Made by a program: the position numbers and the translations under genes
Shown: one piece after another, positions 1 through 11,737 of the stretch
How positions within the stretch are numbered: the stretch's first letter is position 1
How the letters are laid out: the number at the start of each line of letters is the position of its first letter
Notes under the pieces: model-generated
Databases searched by the model: none
The model's input: the letters and a program-made list of their open reading frames with translations, nothing else
Told to the model about the DNA's origin: nothing
Source: Callorhinchus milii
Taxonomy: Eukaryota
Direction of reading: 5' to 3'
DNA length: 64,000 nucleotides
Assembly: GCF_018977255.1 (NCBI RefSeq)
Contig: NW_024704754.1
Location: forward strand, 12,834,001-12,898,000

Positions 1-448
1 GATTCTTGCTCAAAAATGTATGAAGGTGGTGGGTGAAGACAATTCATTTCACCCATTACACAGATGAATAACCTGCCAACTCTTGTTACATAAGAAAGAA
101 GAATGATTACTTGAGAGAGATGCCAGAGGGCCTCTATCACTTATGGAATTTTATCCCAATATGATTTCCCTGCTGACTTTTACTCTTTTCCTTCATTTGT
201 TTCACTTTGATTTTTGATATTTTCTTTTACTTTTGTGTACACTTTAATGTGAATTGTACATATGCCAAATTCTACCCAAATGTTATATAGCCTATATACC
301 ACCATTCACTTCACTTCTCTTCAAAATAATTCTTTATGTCAAGATGGTTGAGGTATTTGAATTTGTGACCCCGAATATTAAATATAAATGCTATTTGTTA
401 GTTTATCTGGATTTATCTATAATATAATTCCCTTTCCAACGAGTTATT

Positions 449-695
449 AAACTGAGGTTCTGTCTGCATTGTGATACAGGTAGATGTCCAGAGATGAACA
501 ATGCGTCTGACACTATTTCAATGTCCTGGCTAAAATTGTTATTTGTGGGACATTGCTGGCATAATTACATCTTGTGTGTGTCTACTATTTGTGGTCACTT
601 TGGCCTAAGTAAAATTCACTTCTTTTTCTGTTTTATCTCATATTGTAAAGCAGTTTGAGACTTCATGTGAAAGGTGCTACATAAATATAAGTTGA
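449..695 (+). mobile_element. Old Deu-domain SINE remnant with L2-type tail
   Basis: tgtcctggctaa...tttgtgggacattgctg core followed by tgtaaagcagtttgagac...gtgaaaggtgctacataaat tail, matching other copies in the window. Confidence 0.6.
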
Positions 696-2286
696 AGTAG
701 AGCCACATTCTTCAGGACAGGAGTGCAGAGAAGTTTTCCCCACAGAATAGTGGCAATGTGGAAGAGAATTACTGGAAAATTGATCAATGTCATGTCAAAT
801 AATGCTTTCAAAAGTGAGTGAATAACTCTAGTATTGGATTAAGAATGAAGAGGGACTATATAAGGTTATAGGTATGGGGCAGAGCAGACACTATTCAGAA
901 CACAATGGTTTGTTTGATACAGGGAGAGAGGAATTGCTGTCTGAGGAGGGCAGAGTCATAGATAGCCTTTGGTTTACTAGAATAGGATCAGACAGTAATT
1001 AGGCAAATCTTTACCATAGGATATTAACTAAGTAAGGTAAATTCCACAATGGGGCAGGACGTATACATTGAGAAACTTTAATGGGTTAAGTAGCTTTCTC
1101 TTACTTCAAAGTTTCTTATGATCATAAGAGAGATAATTTAATAAGAATTATGATTGAATTGTACTTATCATCAACCGTTTTAGTACAGAATGCATTTGGG
1201 AAAAAAAACAGAAACTGCAATCTAAGTTAATGAGTTCACAAGGTCTTTGTTCAAAGCTGCACTGATTTTCAACAAGGGAACATTACTGTAATGAATCCGA
1301 AGCCATCTTCTCTGTGACTAAACACAAAGCGAGCAAGCTAACACACACCACCGGTTGCAAAGAAAGGAAAGAACAGTCCCCAGATTTCAGAAAAGTGGGG
1401 AGATTTCATTACAAAAGATTTTTTGAAGCATTGAATTTTCTTTGCAATTCATAGAAAGATAATCTAAAAAGAATTTCAGCATTTTGTTGGCGGTACATGA
1501 TTTTTTTTTACATATATATAAAAGTTGTTTGAAATCTCGGTGCATGATCTCCAAGAAGTGATATGTCAATAGAGCGCTGTGTAACTCAGGCAGAGCATGC
1601 TAACAGGAATGTAAATGTAAAAGGTAATGCTTGTCAGCCACTGACAGATCTAAATGGCCTTTTTAGCTCACTCTGAGTAACTTGTCATACAAACATTGAA
1701 ATGCAGATCGAGACAGCTGAAACTGCCATGCACATCATTACCAGCAAATGGTATAAGTATCATCGTCCCGATTCCACCAGTTTAGTAAATGCATTAAATT
1801 TTTTTTGCCTCTAGGCTTTAGATGAAGTGCTGTCAAAAAAAACCACACAGGATTTCGGTTGCCAGATTGTAGCCAGTCAGAGAGCTGCCACATTAGCAGC
1901 TCCTCAGCTTCCAGCTGTACAAAGCAGATCTGGTTTTATTTTGTGTGTGTGCATGTGCGTGTGTGTACGCACGTGTTATCTTTCACTAACATCCATCCAA
2001 TTGGAGTTTATCATATTTCTGATTCCATAAAATGCATGCTAGGAAACTCTTGGGAATAAGGAGCACCTGTCAATAGGTTGGAAGATTCGTAGATTCAAAG
2101 TGATTTCCAATCACTTTCCCCAGGATACGAGCTGGTGATGATGAAATCCCAATGTAAGCAAGATCACACGAGAGATTAGAATGAAGAAGCCCTTAAAACC
2201 ATTCAATCTAATTTTATCAGAATATCCACTCCATAAGACTGCAAGAGAAGCTTGAATAAAAAACACACATTATCTACTAATATAAG

Positions 2287-2770
2287 GAGGGCAACCAGAA
2301 TGATTGAGAGATTGGAGTGACTGGATGATGAGGAGCGACTACATAAATTAGGCATGTTCACATTGGAAAAGAGAAGATTGAGAGGAGATAAGATTTCTGT
2401 CTTTAAGATTCTCAAGGGGCTAGACAATGTAGATCATGACAGGCTGTTTCAACTCGTCCAGAATAGTAAAACCAGAGGACACGGCCTGCGATTGAAGGGG
2501 GATAAATTCAGAACGAATCTACGAAAACACAATTTCAGTGAACGAATCGTGATCTTGTGGAACTGGCTCCCTAGTGAGACGGTTGAAGCAAGAAATGTTG
2601 ATTCCTTCAAACACAGGTTAGACAGTTTTCTTTTAGGAAATAGCATTATGGAATATAGCACATAGGTAGTTTGGGACATATGTGCATGTGACCGCCAGGA
2701 AGATGGAAGGCGAACTATTTGGACCTTGGTCTTTTTTTATCTAGCATTTCTTATGTTATGTTCTTATGTT
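2287..2770 (+). mobile_element. CR1 LINE 3' fragment (ORF2 C-terminus plus 3' UTR)
   Basis: ORF 2354-2665 reads FTLEKRRLRGD..TRGHGLRL..FSERIVILWNWLP, the typical CR1 ORF2 end; terminal ttcttatg repeats. Confidence 0.92.
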
Positions 2771-2899
2771 AACTGCAGGAATTGTATGGGCAGAGAAAAG
2801 GAGGAAAGAGAGCGCGTCCATATTTGAAAACAATGGGGGGAATCAATATTTAACATTATTGCTCATTGAGTTCACCTTGTTCCAGAATAGACTACCAGC

Positions 2900-3050
2900 T
2901 CAACAATAATAACAACTTGGCATTTATATAGCAACCTTCACACAGGGTAGCGTCTCGGAGTACTTAACAGTAACGAAGCTTGATGCTAAACCAGTGAGAG
3001 AGGAGAGTTGAGCACAGGCACGGTCGAAGAGGATAGTCTTTAGATGTGAC
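2900..3050 (-). mobile_element. L2 LINE 3' tail fragment
   Basis: caacaacttggcatttatatagc..cttcac and gcacggtcgaagagga, the reverse complement of the L2 end at 7250-7415. Confidence 0.65.
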
Positions 3051-3077
3051 CTGAGCTCAAAGTTGCAATTTAGGACT

Positions 3078-3195
3078 TAATAATAATAATATTCCTTGCA
3101 TTTGATATAGTGCTTTATCGCGTCTTCGAGAAGTCTCAAAGTGCTTCACAGAATATACTTTAAAGTGAATTGACTGTATATTTTGTGGGCGAAAC
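3078..3195 (-). mobile_element. 5'-truncated copy of the young tRNA-Ala SINE
   Basis: (taa)n-ccttgcatttgatatag..cttcacagaatatact..aagtgaattgactgtatattttgtgggcgaaac. Confidence 0.85.
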
Positions 3196-3769
3196 AATTT
3201 ATACCTACAATGTTCTAACTCAACAGTGAGAGTGCTACTAATTGAGCCAGACTAACACTGAATACAGTTCAAACTGGAGCTCACATTTGTGTATTATTGA
3301 TAGCTTTACTGTGCTCTGTTTAAAAGTTAGCTTGAAGAGTATGAGCTGTGGGGAGAGAGAGATAGATTGAGGGCTGTGGAAAGCCCTTTTTTGATGAGGC
3401 ATCAAAAATGAACACTTATCATGTTGGTCACGATACAATATTAAGCTAATTTGAGTTTTTAGGTACATTTTGGGAATGTCATACAGGAAGACTGTAGTTT
3501 ATTTATGCAATGTAATTTACAGAGAATTTGTCAAATGGTCACTTTGAAGTAGATCTTAAATGATGTGTGTAGTTATAATGGCTAAACTGAGGCTAAGTTT
3601 TGCTGGTTGGACAGTTAGTCATGATCAAAGTGATATAGTTTGATCATGTCACATCCACTGTACCAAAGATAGGAATTTATGACAGAAAATCATAAGTAAT
3701 CGAGTAAACAGATACTTACTGGTATACAAAAGACTACCTGGTTGTGGAATCAGTACAAATCTGTATCAG

Positions 3770-4030
3770 CCTGGCTCAGTTAGTAGCACTCTTGCCTCTG
3801 ATTCAGAAGGCTGTGAGTTGGTTTAAACTCGTGGTCTAAGATGACACTCCAATACTGTGCTGTCCGAGGTACTGTTGTTCAGATGAGATGTTAAAATAAG
3901 GTCTCACCTACCTGTCCAGATGAACGTTAAAGATCGCATGGGACGATTCAGATAAAAGAGAAGGGATAAAAATTGGTCATTCACTTCATCGATGTTTAGG
4001 GGCCATGATTATGTGCAAATTTGCTAGATT
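3770..4030 (+). mobile_element. Old tRNA-headed Deu-domain SINE (SacSINE1/AmnSINE1-like core)
   Basis: tggctcagttagtagcactcttgcctctga head; cagatgagatgttaaa..gtccagatgaacgttaaagatcgcatgg Deu core. Confidence 0.75.
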
Positions 4031-4032
4031 GT

Positions 4033-4408
4033 GGAGACTTGTAACTGAGTGGTTAGAGCACTCGCCTCGCAAGTGAGAGACCTGGGTTCGATTCCCAGTA
4101 GGGCGAAATGTTGGGCAGCTTTCCTTACTCCACAAGCCTCTGTTTACGTAGCAGTCAGTAGGAACCCGGTCGTTAGTCGATTGGCAGATCGCTTTTCCAG
4201 GGGTAATAACGCCTTCAAATAAAATAACAATAATAATTTGGTCACTCAATCTATGACTGTTTGTGGCACATTGCTGTACTCAATTGGCTGCCATGTTTTG
4301 GCCACAAAAAATACAGTCCATTCCCATTACTTTATTCTGTAAAGCTCTTTGAGACGTCTTGAAGACGTGATAAGGCATTATATCAAATGCAAGGATTATT
4401 ATTATTAT
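4033..4408 (+). mobile_element. Full-length young SINE, long form (tRNA-Ala(CGC) head, CORE-like body, Deu end, L2 tail)
   Basis: A-box-like gagtggttagagc, anticodon arm ctcgc-CTCGCAA-gtgag, B box ggttcgattcc, tail ending atcaaatgcaaggattattatt. Confidence 0.92.
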
Positions 4409-5751
4409 CTATATAGTAAAATGGGGAGTAACAACGCTCTATATCTTAGTTTAGATAAAGAGCAGTGTTAATATTCATATTACTATGTAGATCTAGAAAA
4501 TCCAGATTTGGAGTCTGTGCTCCTTGCTGTAGAGACTGTGCTCCCTTCATGTTTACTGTTTTCTTTTTGGCATTACTTCTTGCCAAGTCACAATTTTTAA
4601 GAGCTTTAATTCCTGTTGACAGAAGCCGAGTTATAGTTGGATCTTATAAACATCTCTTCCTCACTGCCAATTTGACCCTTTCATTGCCTTATTGATGGAG
4701 CATGAGTCGAGGATGTAAGGGAAACACACAAGACCTTTGTGTCATCATCACGCAGTAATCAGTGTACTGAAAATAGTGTGGCTTGATGGCTTTTCTATTC
4801 CCAGTTCTAATTGTACAATCTCTATCTCTCTCTATATATAATATATATATATAAAACATTACAATGCATGCTGTTAAGGAAATGTTTTGTGTGGGGAAAG
4901 TGCCATTAATATTCTGTACTTATCATGCCATTTACCCTACAAGTTTGCACTACAGAGCAGATCTGGGGATTTTCACAGCACTCGTTCCCCTACATTACAG
5001 GGCAAATATAGGGTATATAAACAGCAGTCACCTTACTTACCCCTGTACTGAAGGACTGGTATGGATAAATAAAGATCACTGATCACAATTACCCCCATTA
5101 TTAAAGAGCGACTTTAAAGGGAATGCGTGGTAAATTCTCTGGAAATAACTATAATGTAGGAATGTAATGTACTGGTCTTATTCATGATTATGGGACTTCA
5201 ACCTAATTAAAGTGTTTGAGTGTCATGCTGTGCTTTAATTAGTTCTCTGCCTCTCAGCCCACAATCTGCACATTCACGGACGAAAGTGATATTATTGACT
5301 TTTTTCAAGACTTGCAGAATTCTTAAAGCTGGGTGCCTTGGAAGCTGAATGTTTTCAATCTGAAGCCCTGTTTACATTGTAATACTATTGCAATATGAAT
5401 GAAGTATTGAACTTGCATAATAATGCTATCGTAAAAGCTAAGTGAGATACCGCAGCCAGCACTAAAAGGTGTTTCTGGAGACTTGAGAACACATTGATTT
5501 CATTGTTGTATAACGTGACAAGTCAGAAACGGACGCCAGCCTTAAAACTCGGACACCTTTCCTTAAAATCTGCAGCTGTTACGACATTGTTCTATCTTCT
5601 TATTCAATGCATTGAGTTACATCCTCTAACCATGGAGCATAGATACAATGGTGCAATGCAATAGTGTGATTTCAGAATCACTGTTGGTACAATAACATGA
5701 TTACTGGGCATTGAACTCAAACAATATCATGCAATAACATGATTACTGGAT

Positions 5752-7415
5752 AAACTCAAACCCACCACCTGCTCCCTCGATCCCATCCCCACCTCTCTCC
5801 TCATCTCCCAGCTCCACCTTCTGGCCCTTCTCCTGTCCGACATCATCAACCTCTCCTTGTCCACTGGTTCAGTTCCCACCCCCCCTAAAAACAGCCGTCA
5901 TCACACCCATCCTGAAAAAACTTTCCCTGGTCCCATCCCCCCTCTCCAGCTAACTGCCCCATCTCTAACCCCCATTCCTCTCCAAGGTCCTGGAACGAGT
6001 CGTCTTGTCCCAGCTCCACTCCTTTCTCCCTCGCCATTCCCTCTTTGAACCCTTCCAATCCGGCATCTGTGCTGCTCACAGCACGGAAACAGCCCTGGTC
6101 AAAGTCACTAATGACATTCTGAACATCTGTGATCAGGGCTCCCTCAGCCTCCTTGTCCTCCTTGATCTCTCTGCCGCCTTTGACACTGTCGATCACTCCA
6201 TCCTCATACACCGCCTCTCCGCTTTACTCGATCGTCAGCGATCTGCCCTTGCCTGGTTCAATTCCTATCTCTCTCACCGTCTCCACTTAGTTGCCTCTAA
6301 CGGTGTCTCCTCCAGCCCTCGCACTGTCACATCTGGCATCCCTCAGGGCTCTGTCCTTGGCCCTTTCCTCTTTAATATCTACATGCTCCCCCTTGGTGAC
6401 ATCATCCGCAGACATGGGGTCAACTTCCACACGTATGCGGATGACATCCAACTCTATCTTTCTGCCTCCACCCTCAACTCCAGGACCACTGCTGTCCTGA
6501 CAGACTGCCTGTTGGACATCAATTCCTGGATGAGGGCAAATTTCCTACAGTTGAATGTGAACAAGACTGAGGCCCTCCTGATTGCCTCGCGCCAGCGCCT
6601 CAGCACCTTAGGCTCTGGCAGCATCAACCTCCATGGTTGTACACTACAACTCACCAGCCAGTCAGGAACCTCGGTGTCTTGTTCAACCCTCAACTGTCTT
6701 TTCTCCCCCACATCCAAGCCATGACCCGCTCTGCCTTCCCTCACCTATGTAACATCGCCCGACTCCCCCACTACCTCACCCCTCAGGCCGCTGAAACTCT
6801 TGTTCATGCCTTCATCACCTCCAGGCTCGACTATACAAACCCCCTGCTTGTCGGCCTTCCCAACTCCTCCCTCCACAGGCTGCAGATAATCCAGAACTCT
6901 GCAGCCCATGTCCTCTCCCGCACCAAACTCCGTGACCCCATCTCCCCCACTCTCGCCCGATTCCATTGGCTCCCTATCCTTCAGAGGATCCAGTTCAAGA
7001 TCCTGGTCTTCACTTACAAAGCCCTCCATGGCCTCGCCCCACCCTACCTCTGCGACCTCCTAACCCCCTACCAACCCGCCCACTCCCTCCACTCAGCCGG
7101 CTCTGGCCTACTCCACATCCCCCGACCCACTCACCCCACCATTGGCAGGAGTGCCTTCAGCCACTCTGCCCCCTATCTCTAGAATTCCATCCCCCAGTCA
7201 CTCTGCCTCGCTCCCTCCTTAGCCTCCTTCAAGTCCCGCCTCAGGATCCTCCTCTTCGACCATGCCATCAGCCACCCCCCTTCCCCTCCCCTTCCTTCTC
7301 CCCCCTGACCCCAGCTCGGGTCTGAAATGTTATCCAGTACACTGTCCAGCGCCTTGGGACGTCCTCCCGACATGAAAGGAGCAATACAAATGTAATCTTG
7401 TTGTTGTTGTTGTTG
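5752..7415 (+). mobile_element. L2 LINE, 5'-truncated, frameshifted ORF2 reverse transcriptase
   Basis: FQSG..HSTETALVKVTND, LDLSAAFDTVDH, GIPQGSVLGPFLF, YADD, SRLDYTN, HWLP..RIQFK; 3' end gcgccttgggacgtc..(ttg)n. Confidence 0.97.
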
Positions 7416-7504
7416 AACAGATTAATCAGGCCTCTCTCCATTAGCAAAGTGTTTGGTAAGGTTTTGGGGAGCTAGAAAGGTTAGATGTGTGCAATAAATT
7501 CTAT

Positions 7505-7825
7505 CTCGCCATTTTTCTCCAGTTTCCCATAGGCAGTAAGACTTACAGGTGCTTGGTGCTCTCTGGTACTTTGTGAAAGTGGGCAAGGTTTGGGGGTGAG
7601 CTTGACAATGAGTGACAACAACTTACTTGATGCCATTTGTGGCCTCAAGAGACATTCATATACATACCTTCCAGCATTGTAGTCTTTGGACAGTGATAAG
7701 GAGCAGAACCCAAGCTGATGGCCTCTCCTTATTCCCTGACATGGGGCACTGAGCCCAATTATAGCCTCACATACTGCCCCAGTTAACACAGATTTGGATT
7801 TGAACCTGCAACCTGCAGTGGTACA
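7505..7825 (-). mobile_element. AmnSINE2-like ancient SINE
   Basis: ggacagtgataaggagcagaacccaagctgat..ggggcactgagcccaattatag..actgccccag..cacaga..tgaacctg; related segments at 54207 and 56255; family name from recalled consensus. Confidence 0.55.
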
Positions 7826-7851
7826 ACAGATGCTGACTTTATCCTTTAAGC

Positions 7852-8389
7852 CAGGGTGGTCCAACCTTTTGGTTGCCGCAGGCCGGATTCCCTATTTGAG
7901 AAAGGTCTGCAGGCCGCATAGAGCATTATTTGGTGTTTCCCAAATATATACAGCGCAGACAGCTGAGCTGGGGGTGGGAGCCGAGGGAGGTGAGATGGGG
8001 AGGGGAATAGGTGGCCGAAAAGTTGGGTCAAGGAGTTAGGCCTTGACATGCCTTGAAAGAAGGGAGGGAGAGAGTGAGTCAGAGGGACTCCAGGAATGGA
8101 CCTCCAGAGAGCAGGGGCAAAATCGGGTAAATGGAGTGGAGGTGAGGGCTATGAAGCAAACCAGTGTTTGCTCTGTAAAGGGAATGGTCGGGTAACAGAG
8201 ATGGGTTGGGGGGGAACGGACTGAAGGACGTAGAGGGGATTCTCACTAGGGAAAGAACGAGCTTTCTGTCCGCAGTGGCCGAAGAAGTTCCGATCGTCTG
8301 TCCTGACAGTGAACTTGCTGCCGTCAATTCTCTTCTTTCTATCTTCTCTCTCACTCTTTTTATTTCTCTCTCTCTCCACCTCCTTCATG

Positions 8390-8420
<31 letters not shown>

Positions 8421-9024
8421 AATCACTCTCTACCTCCTTTCTCTCTCTCTCACTCTCCTCTCACACACTCTCTCTCTCCCTCCTCTCACACTCTCTCAAT
8501 CTCTCTCTCCCTCTCTTAATCATTCTCTCTCCTCTTCTCTGTTAATCACTTTCTCTCTCCCCCTCTCTCACCCATCTGCCTCTCTGTCTCTCTCTCCACC
8601 TTTCTCACCTCTCTCTCACACACACTCTCTGTCCTATCACACTCTCTCTCTCTCTCTCTTGCTCATTCAAGCCTCCTTTCTTCTCCCCTCTCTCTCCCCC
8701 CTCTTTCGCCACCTCATCCCTCCTGTCTGAATCCCTCTCTCTCCCAATCAGTCACAAGGTTCATATATACTGCAGCAGGAGCCGGCGGTTGCTAAGTACA
8801 CAGTGGATAGGGAGACGTACTTGCCTTCCCCTCAGCTTGGGTACAGACTACAGTAACGGTCGGTATTATTTCCACGCCCCGCACTGCGTCCTCCTAACCA
8901 CCGACTCCTAAGAGGACGTCCACCAGGGAGGGAGGGAAGTTGGAATATTGGAAATGGTGTCGGGCCGGATAAAATCACCTGCCGGGCCGGATGTGGCCCG
9001 CGAGCCGCCATTTGGACCACTCTG
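7852..9024. mobile_element. Non-autonomous hAT (Charlie-like) DNA transposon
   Basis: TIRs CAGGGTGGTCCAA (7852) and TTGGACCACTCTG (ends 9024); subterminal gggccggat/ggcccgcgagccg repeats; flanks CTTTAAGC and CTTTTTAAGC resemble an 8-bp TSD. Confidence 0.8.
8328..8745 (+). repeat. Degenerate (CT)n pyrimidine tract inside the hAT element
   Basis: About 400 bp of tctctc/cactct runs. Confidence 0.95.
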
Positions 9025-10119
9025 CTTTTTAAGCCGTCAGGCGAAAGGACTTCTTTCCAATGAGGCTTCATGCAAGTGAGAGTACAATGTGTTTCAACGT
9101 AACTCTTGTTACCACATTGCATGTTTATAAAAAAATGAAAGACAGGGGCAAAATAGGGGCTAAATTGCAGTGTTTCTTAATCAGATTCTTTATAATGATT
9201 TCAAGTTGCAAAGAAGAAGATTTCTTTGGGGTAACTCGAAATATATCAGCCGCCCTACAGGAACACTGCTTTGTCAGTAGATCACTTCAGTGCAATTGTC
9301 CAGTGAATTGGCATGACATACTTCCAGCTCGCTGCCAGAGATATGCTTTGCGACTTGAAATCATTATTAAGGTGTCCTAGTAAAACAAGCAACAATTCAG
9401 ACTCCATTATAAAGAGAGTAAATTGGCCGTTGAATAAAGAAGCTTTTTTATGCTAAAAAAATTCCATACTTGTTTCGTTTCCAGATATCTGCTTTGCTTC
9501 TTGGGAAAAAAAGGAAATAAGCCATCTTTGCATTGAGAGCATTGACCTCCTTTCTTTGACCCCAGTTCTTTCTAATCACATATCCAGGGAACAGGGATGA
9601 AAGGAGAAGGTCAGCACCAAGTGTACACAAACTGTGCAATTGCAATTCTAGATTCTTGCATGAAGAAATAACAAATATTGTAGAAAATGGATCACATTTT
9701 GGAACTGGATTTCTCCCCAGGTAAACTTTTTGATTAAAAGATTTAGATGTTAAATTGAATAACATATACAGTTCCCATTTCCAAACAATATACTGGAGAA
9801 CTGAGACATTGCTTTCCTTCTTGATTAACAAGCAATGGTTGAGTAGTGCAAGCATCCATTGGTGTGTATATTTCAGCTTCCTGTCATTTAATGAGCATAA
9901 AGTGTAGTATTTACAGCTCTCTAAGTAGACCCTTTAAAGGGACACTGTCAATGCTAAGAAAGGACCATTGAAGTTAGTTGCTATTATCTCACGTTTCACA
10001 CTTTAGCTAACTTTAGTATTCAGTTTCTAAAAAGTCAAAGAAACACACAAATCCACACACCTACAGAGACACACTTACGTATTCCTACAGACTTGCACAC
10101 AAACATATAACCTTAGATT

Positions 10120-10435
10120 AGAATCACAGACATGTCAGCACAGAAATTCTGTCTGTTCTGTTCTAGCTCCCCTCTCAGTTCTTTCTCCTCTCAAGCTATT
10201 TCACTGCACTTTTACTTAAATATTTTGCACATCCTTATTTTTCAAGCGTCTATCTAATTCCCTTCCAATGTCGTAATCGACTCTCCTTCAGGAGCCACTT
10301 GTGGTAACGCATTCCACATCCTAATGTGTAGAAGATGTTTTTCTAACCTCCCCCCTTTATGCTTTTGGTAATAAATCGGGAGTTTATGCCCTATGTTGCC
10401 AATTCACCAGCCAAACCAAATAGTCTTTCGATTTA
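10120..10435 (-). mobile_element. Old CR1 3' fragment
   Basis: ctatctaattccctt, gcattccacatccta, aatagtctttc: reverse complement of CR1 3' end motifs. Confidence 0.6.
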
Positions 10436-10819
10436 TGCTTGCTGAGCAACACAATGGATATTGAATGGAAAATTGCAGTGGGCTAATGCAGCCTGTTCAA
10501 AGAATGTAGCAAACCCAGAATCAGAGCAATGATGCTTGAAAGTTTATATTTGTCTCTGGTGGAGGCGAAGCAGTAATATTATAACACTCAGCATAAGATA
10601 CTGGGATCCAAACACTGAGGTCTCAAACAGGTTGCTTAATTAAGGAATCCCGAAGTACATTAGCCATCTCACTAAGCAGTATCAACTGATACAACCTACT
10701 TTTAGAGCAAAGTTCCTGTAAGCTACAGTGCTGTACTACCACTTAATGGAAGAAGTTCCCATTCGGATTCCTATTTAGATCATCACATATTAGACAACAT
10801 TATCATGAAGACCTCGTAA

Positions 10820-11275
10820 TCCAGACTGACACTCCATTACAGTGCTGGGGGATATGTGGTTGTCATGGTGTTATCTTTCAAACAGATTTTAAACCAAGAT
10901 CCCACCTGCCTAAACAAGTAAACATTAAAAGATCCCATGGCACTTGTTACTCCTACAGTCCAGCTCAACAATCTCCCAGATCAATTAGTCATTCACTTCC
11001 TGCTTGTTTGTGGGACATTGCTGTGTGCAAATTGGCTGTCATATTTGCCTACAAAATACATCTACAGTCTTGCCTACAGCCACTACAATACACTTGGGGG
11101 AGTGAGATTGATTTAGATAGCTCTTTTCAAAGAGCCGGTACAGACACGATGGGCCAAATGGCCTCCTTCTGTGCTGTAAAATTCTATGATTCTATGATAT
11201 GACTTGACAACAATTACCTATGAAGCTCTTTGCGATGTTTTGACGTGATAGACGCGATATCAAATATTATTATTG
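10820..11275 (+). mobile_element. Deu-domain SINE interrupted by a CR1 3' UTR insertion (~11095-11198)
   Basis: Deu core aaagatcccatggcac..tttgtgggacattgctgtgtgcaaattggctg; inserted gatgggccaaatggcctccttctgtgctgtaaaattctatgattctatg; SINE tail resumes after it. Confidence 0.8.
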
Positions 11276-11579
11276 TAAGATTATCACAAAGTCTGATAAA
11301 ATAAATCATTGTAAGATTTTATGAAAAACATTTCCTACTAAAATGAATCACAACATTCCTTCCACTCTGACCTCAGCCCTATCCCAGTAAAGCACCCCTA
11401 TTGCATCACGAGGAAATTTGCCTACAAAAACGCAGTCACTCCACTTTACAGTTTATCCCACAAAGCGCTTTGACACATCCTTCTGGCGTGAAAGGCACTA
11501 AACCAAATGCAGGGATTATTATTGTTATTTTCTCCTCTCTCAGGGAGATTGTGAATTTAAATGCACTTTTGTGCTACGA

Positions 11580-11737
11580 GTCCATATCCACTGGGAACTG
11601 AATTGAGACTGTCCTAAATTCATCTCACATTGGATTTTTACAACAAATAGACGAAGGAGACTTTCATCTCATTAGTCTGGGCTAGATTTCAATTCAGGTC
11701 TGAAAAGTCAAAGGCCAGTCCCTAAACCACAGACCCC
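11580..11737 (-). mobile_element. LF-SINE-like ancient SINE, 5' half
   Basis: Reverse complement reads ggcctttgac..aaatctagcccag..gaaagtc..atgtgagatgaatttagg..gtctcaattcagttcccagtgga, collinear with the recalled LF-SINE consensus. Confidence 0.55.

Noticed and set aside
4033-4105. tRNA-Ala(CGC) gene (also 23970-24040, 27274, 32843, 61940-62015)
   Set aside because: The acceptor stem does not close and each continues into a SINE body; these are SINE heads
6005-7182. Active reverse transcriptase gene
   Set aside because: 5'-truncated, no endonuclease domain and frameshifted; a dead L2 copy
8206-8730. 174-aa Leu/Ser-rich ORF
   Set aside because: Translation artefact of the (CT)n tract
9448-9855. 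135-aa minus-strand ORF
   Set aside because: No recognisable homology or convincing exon structure; length achievable by chance in 64 kb
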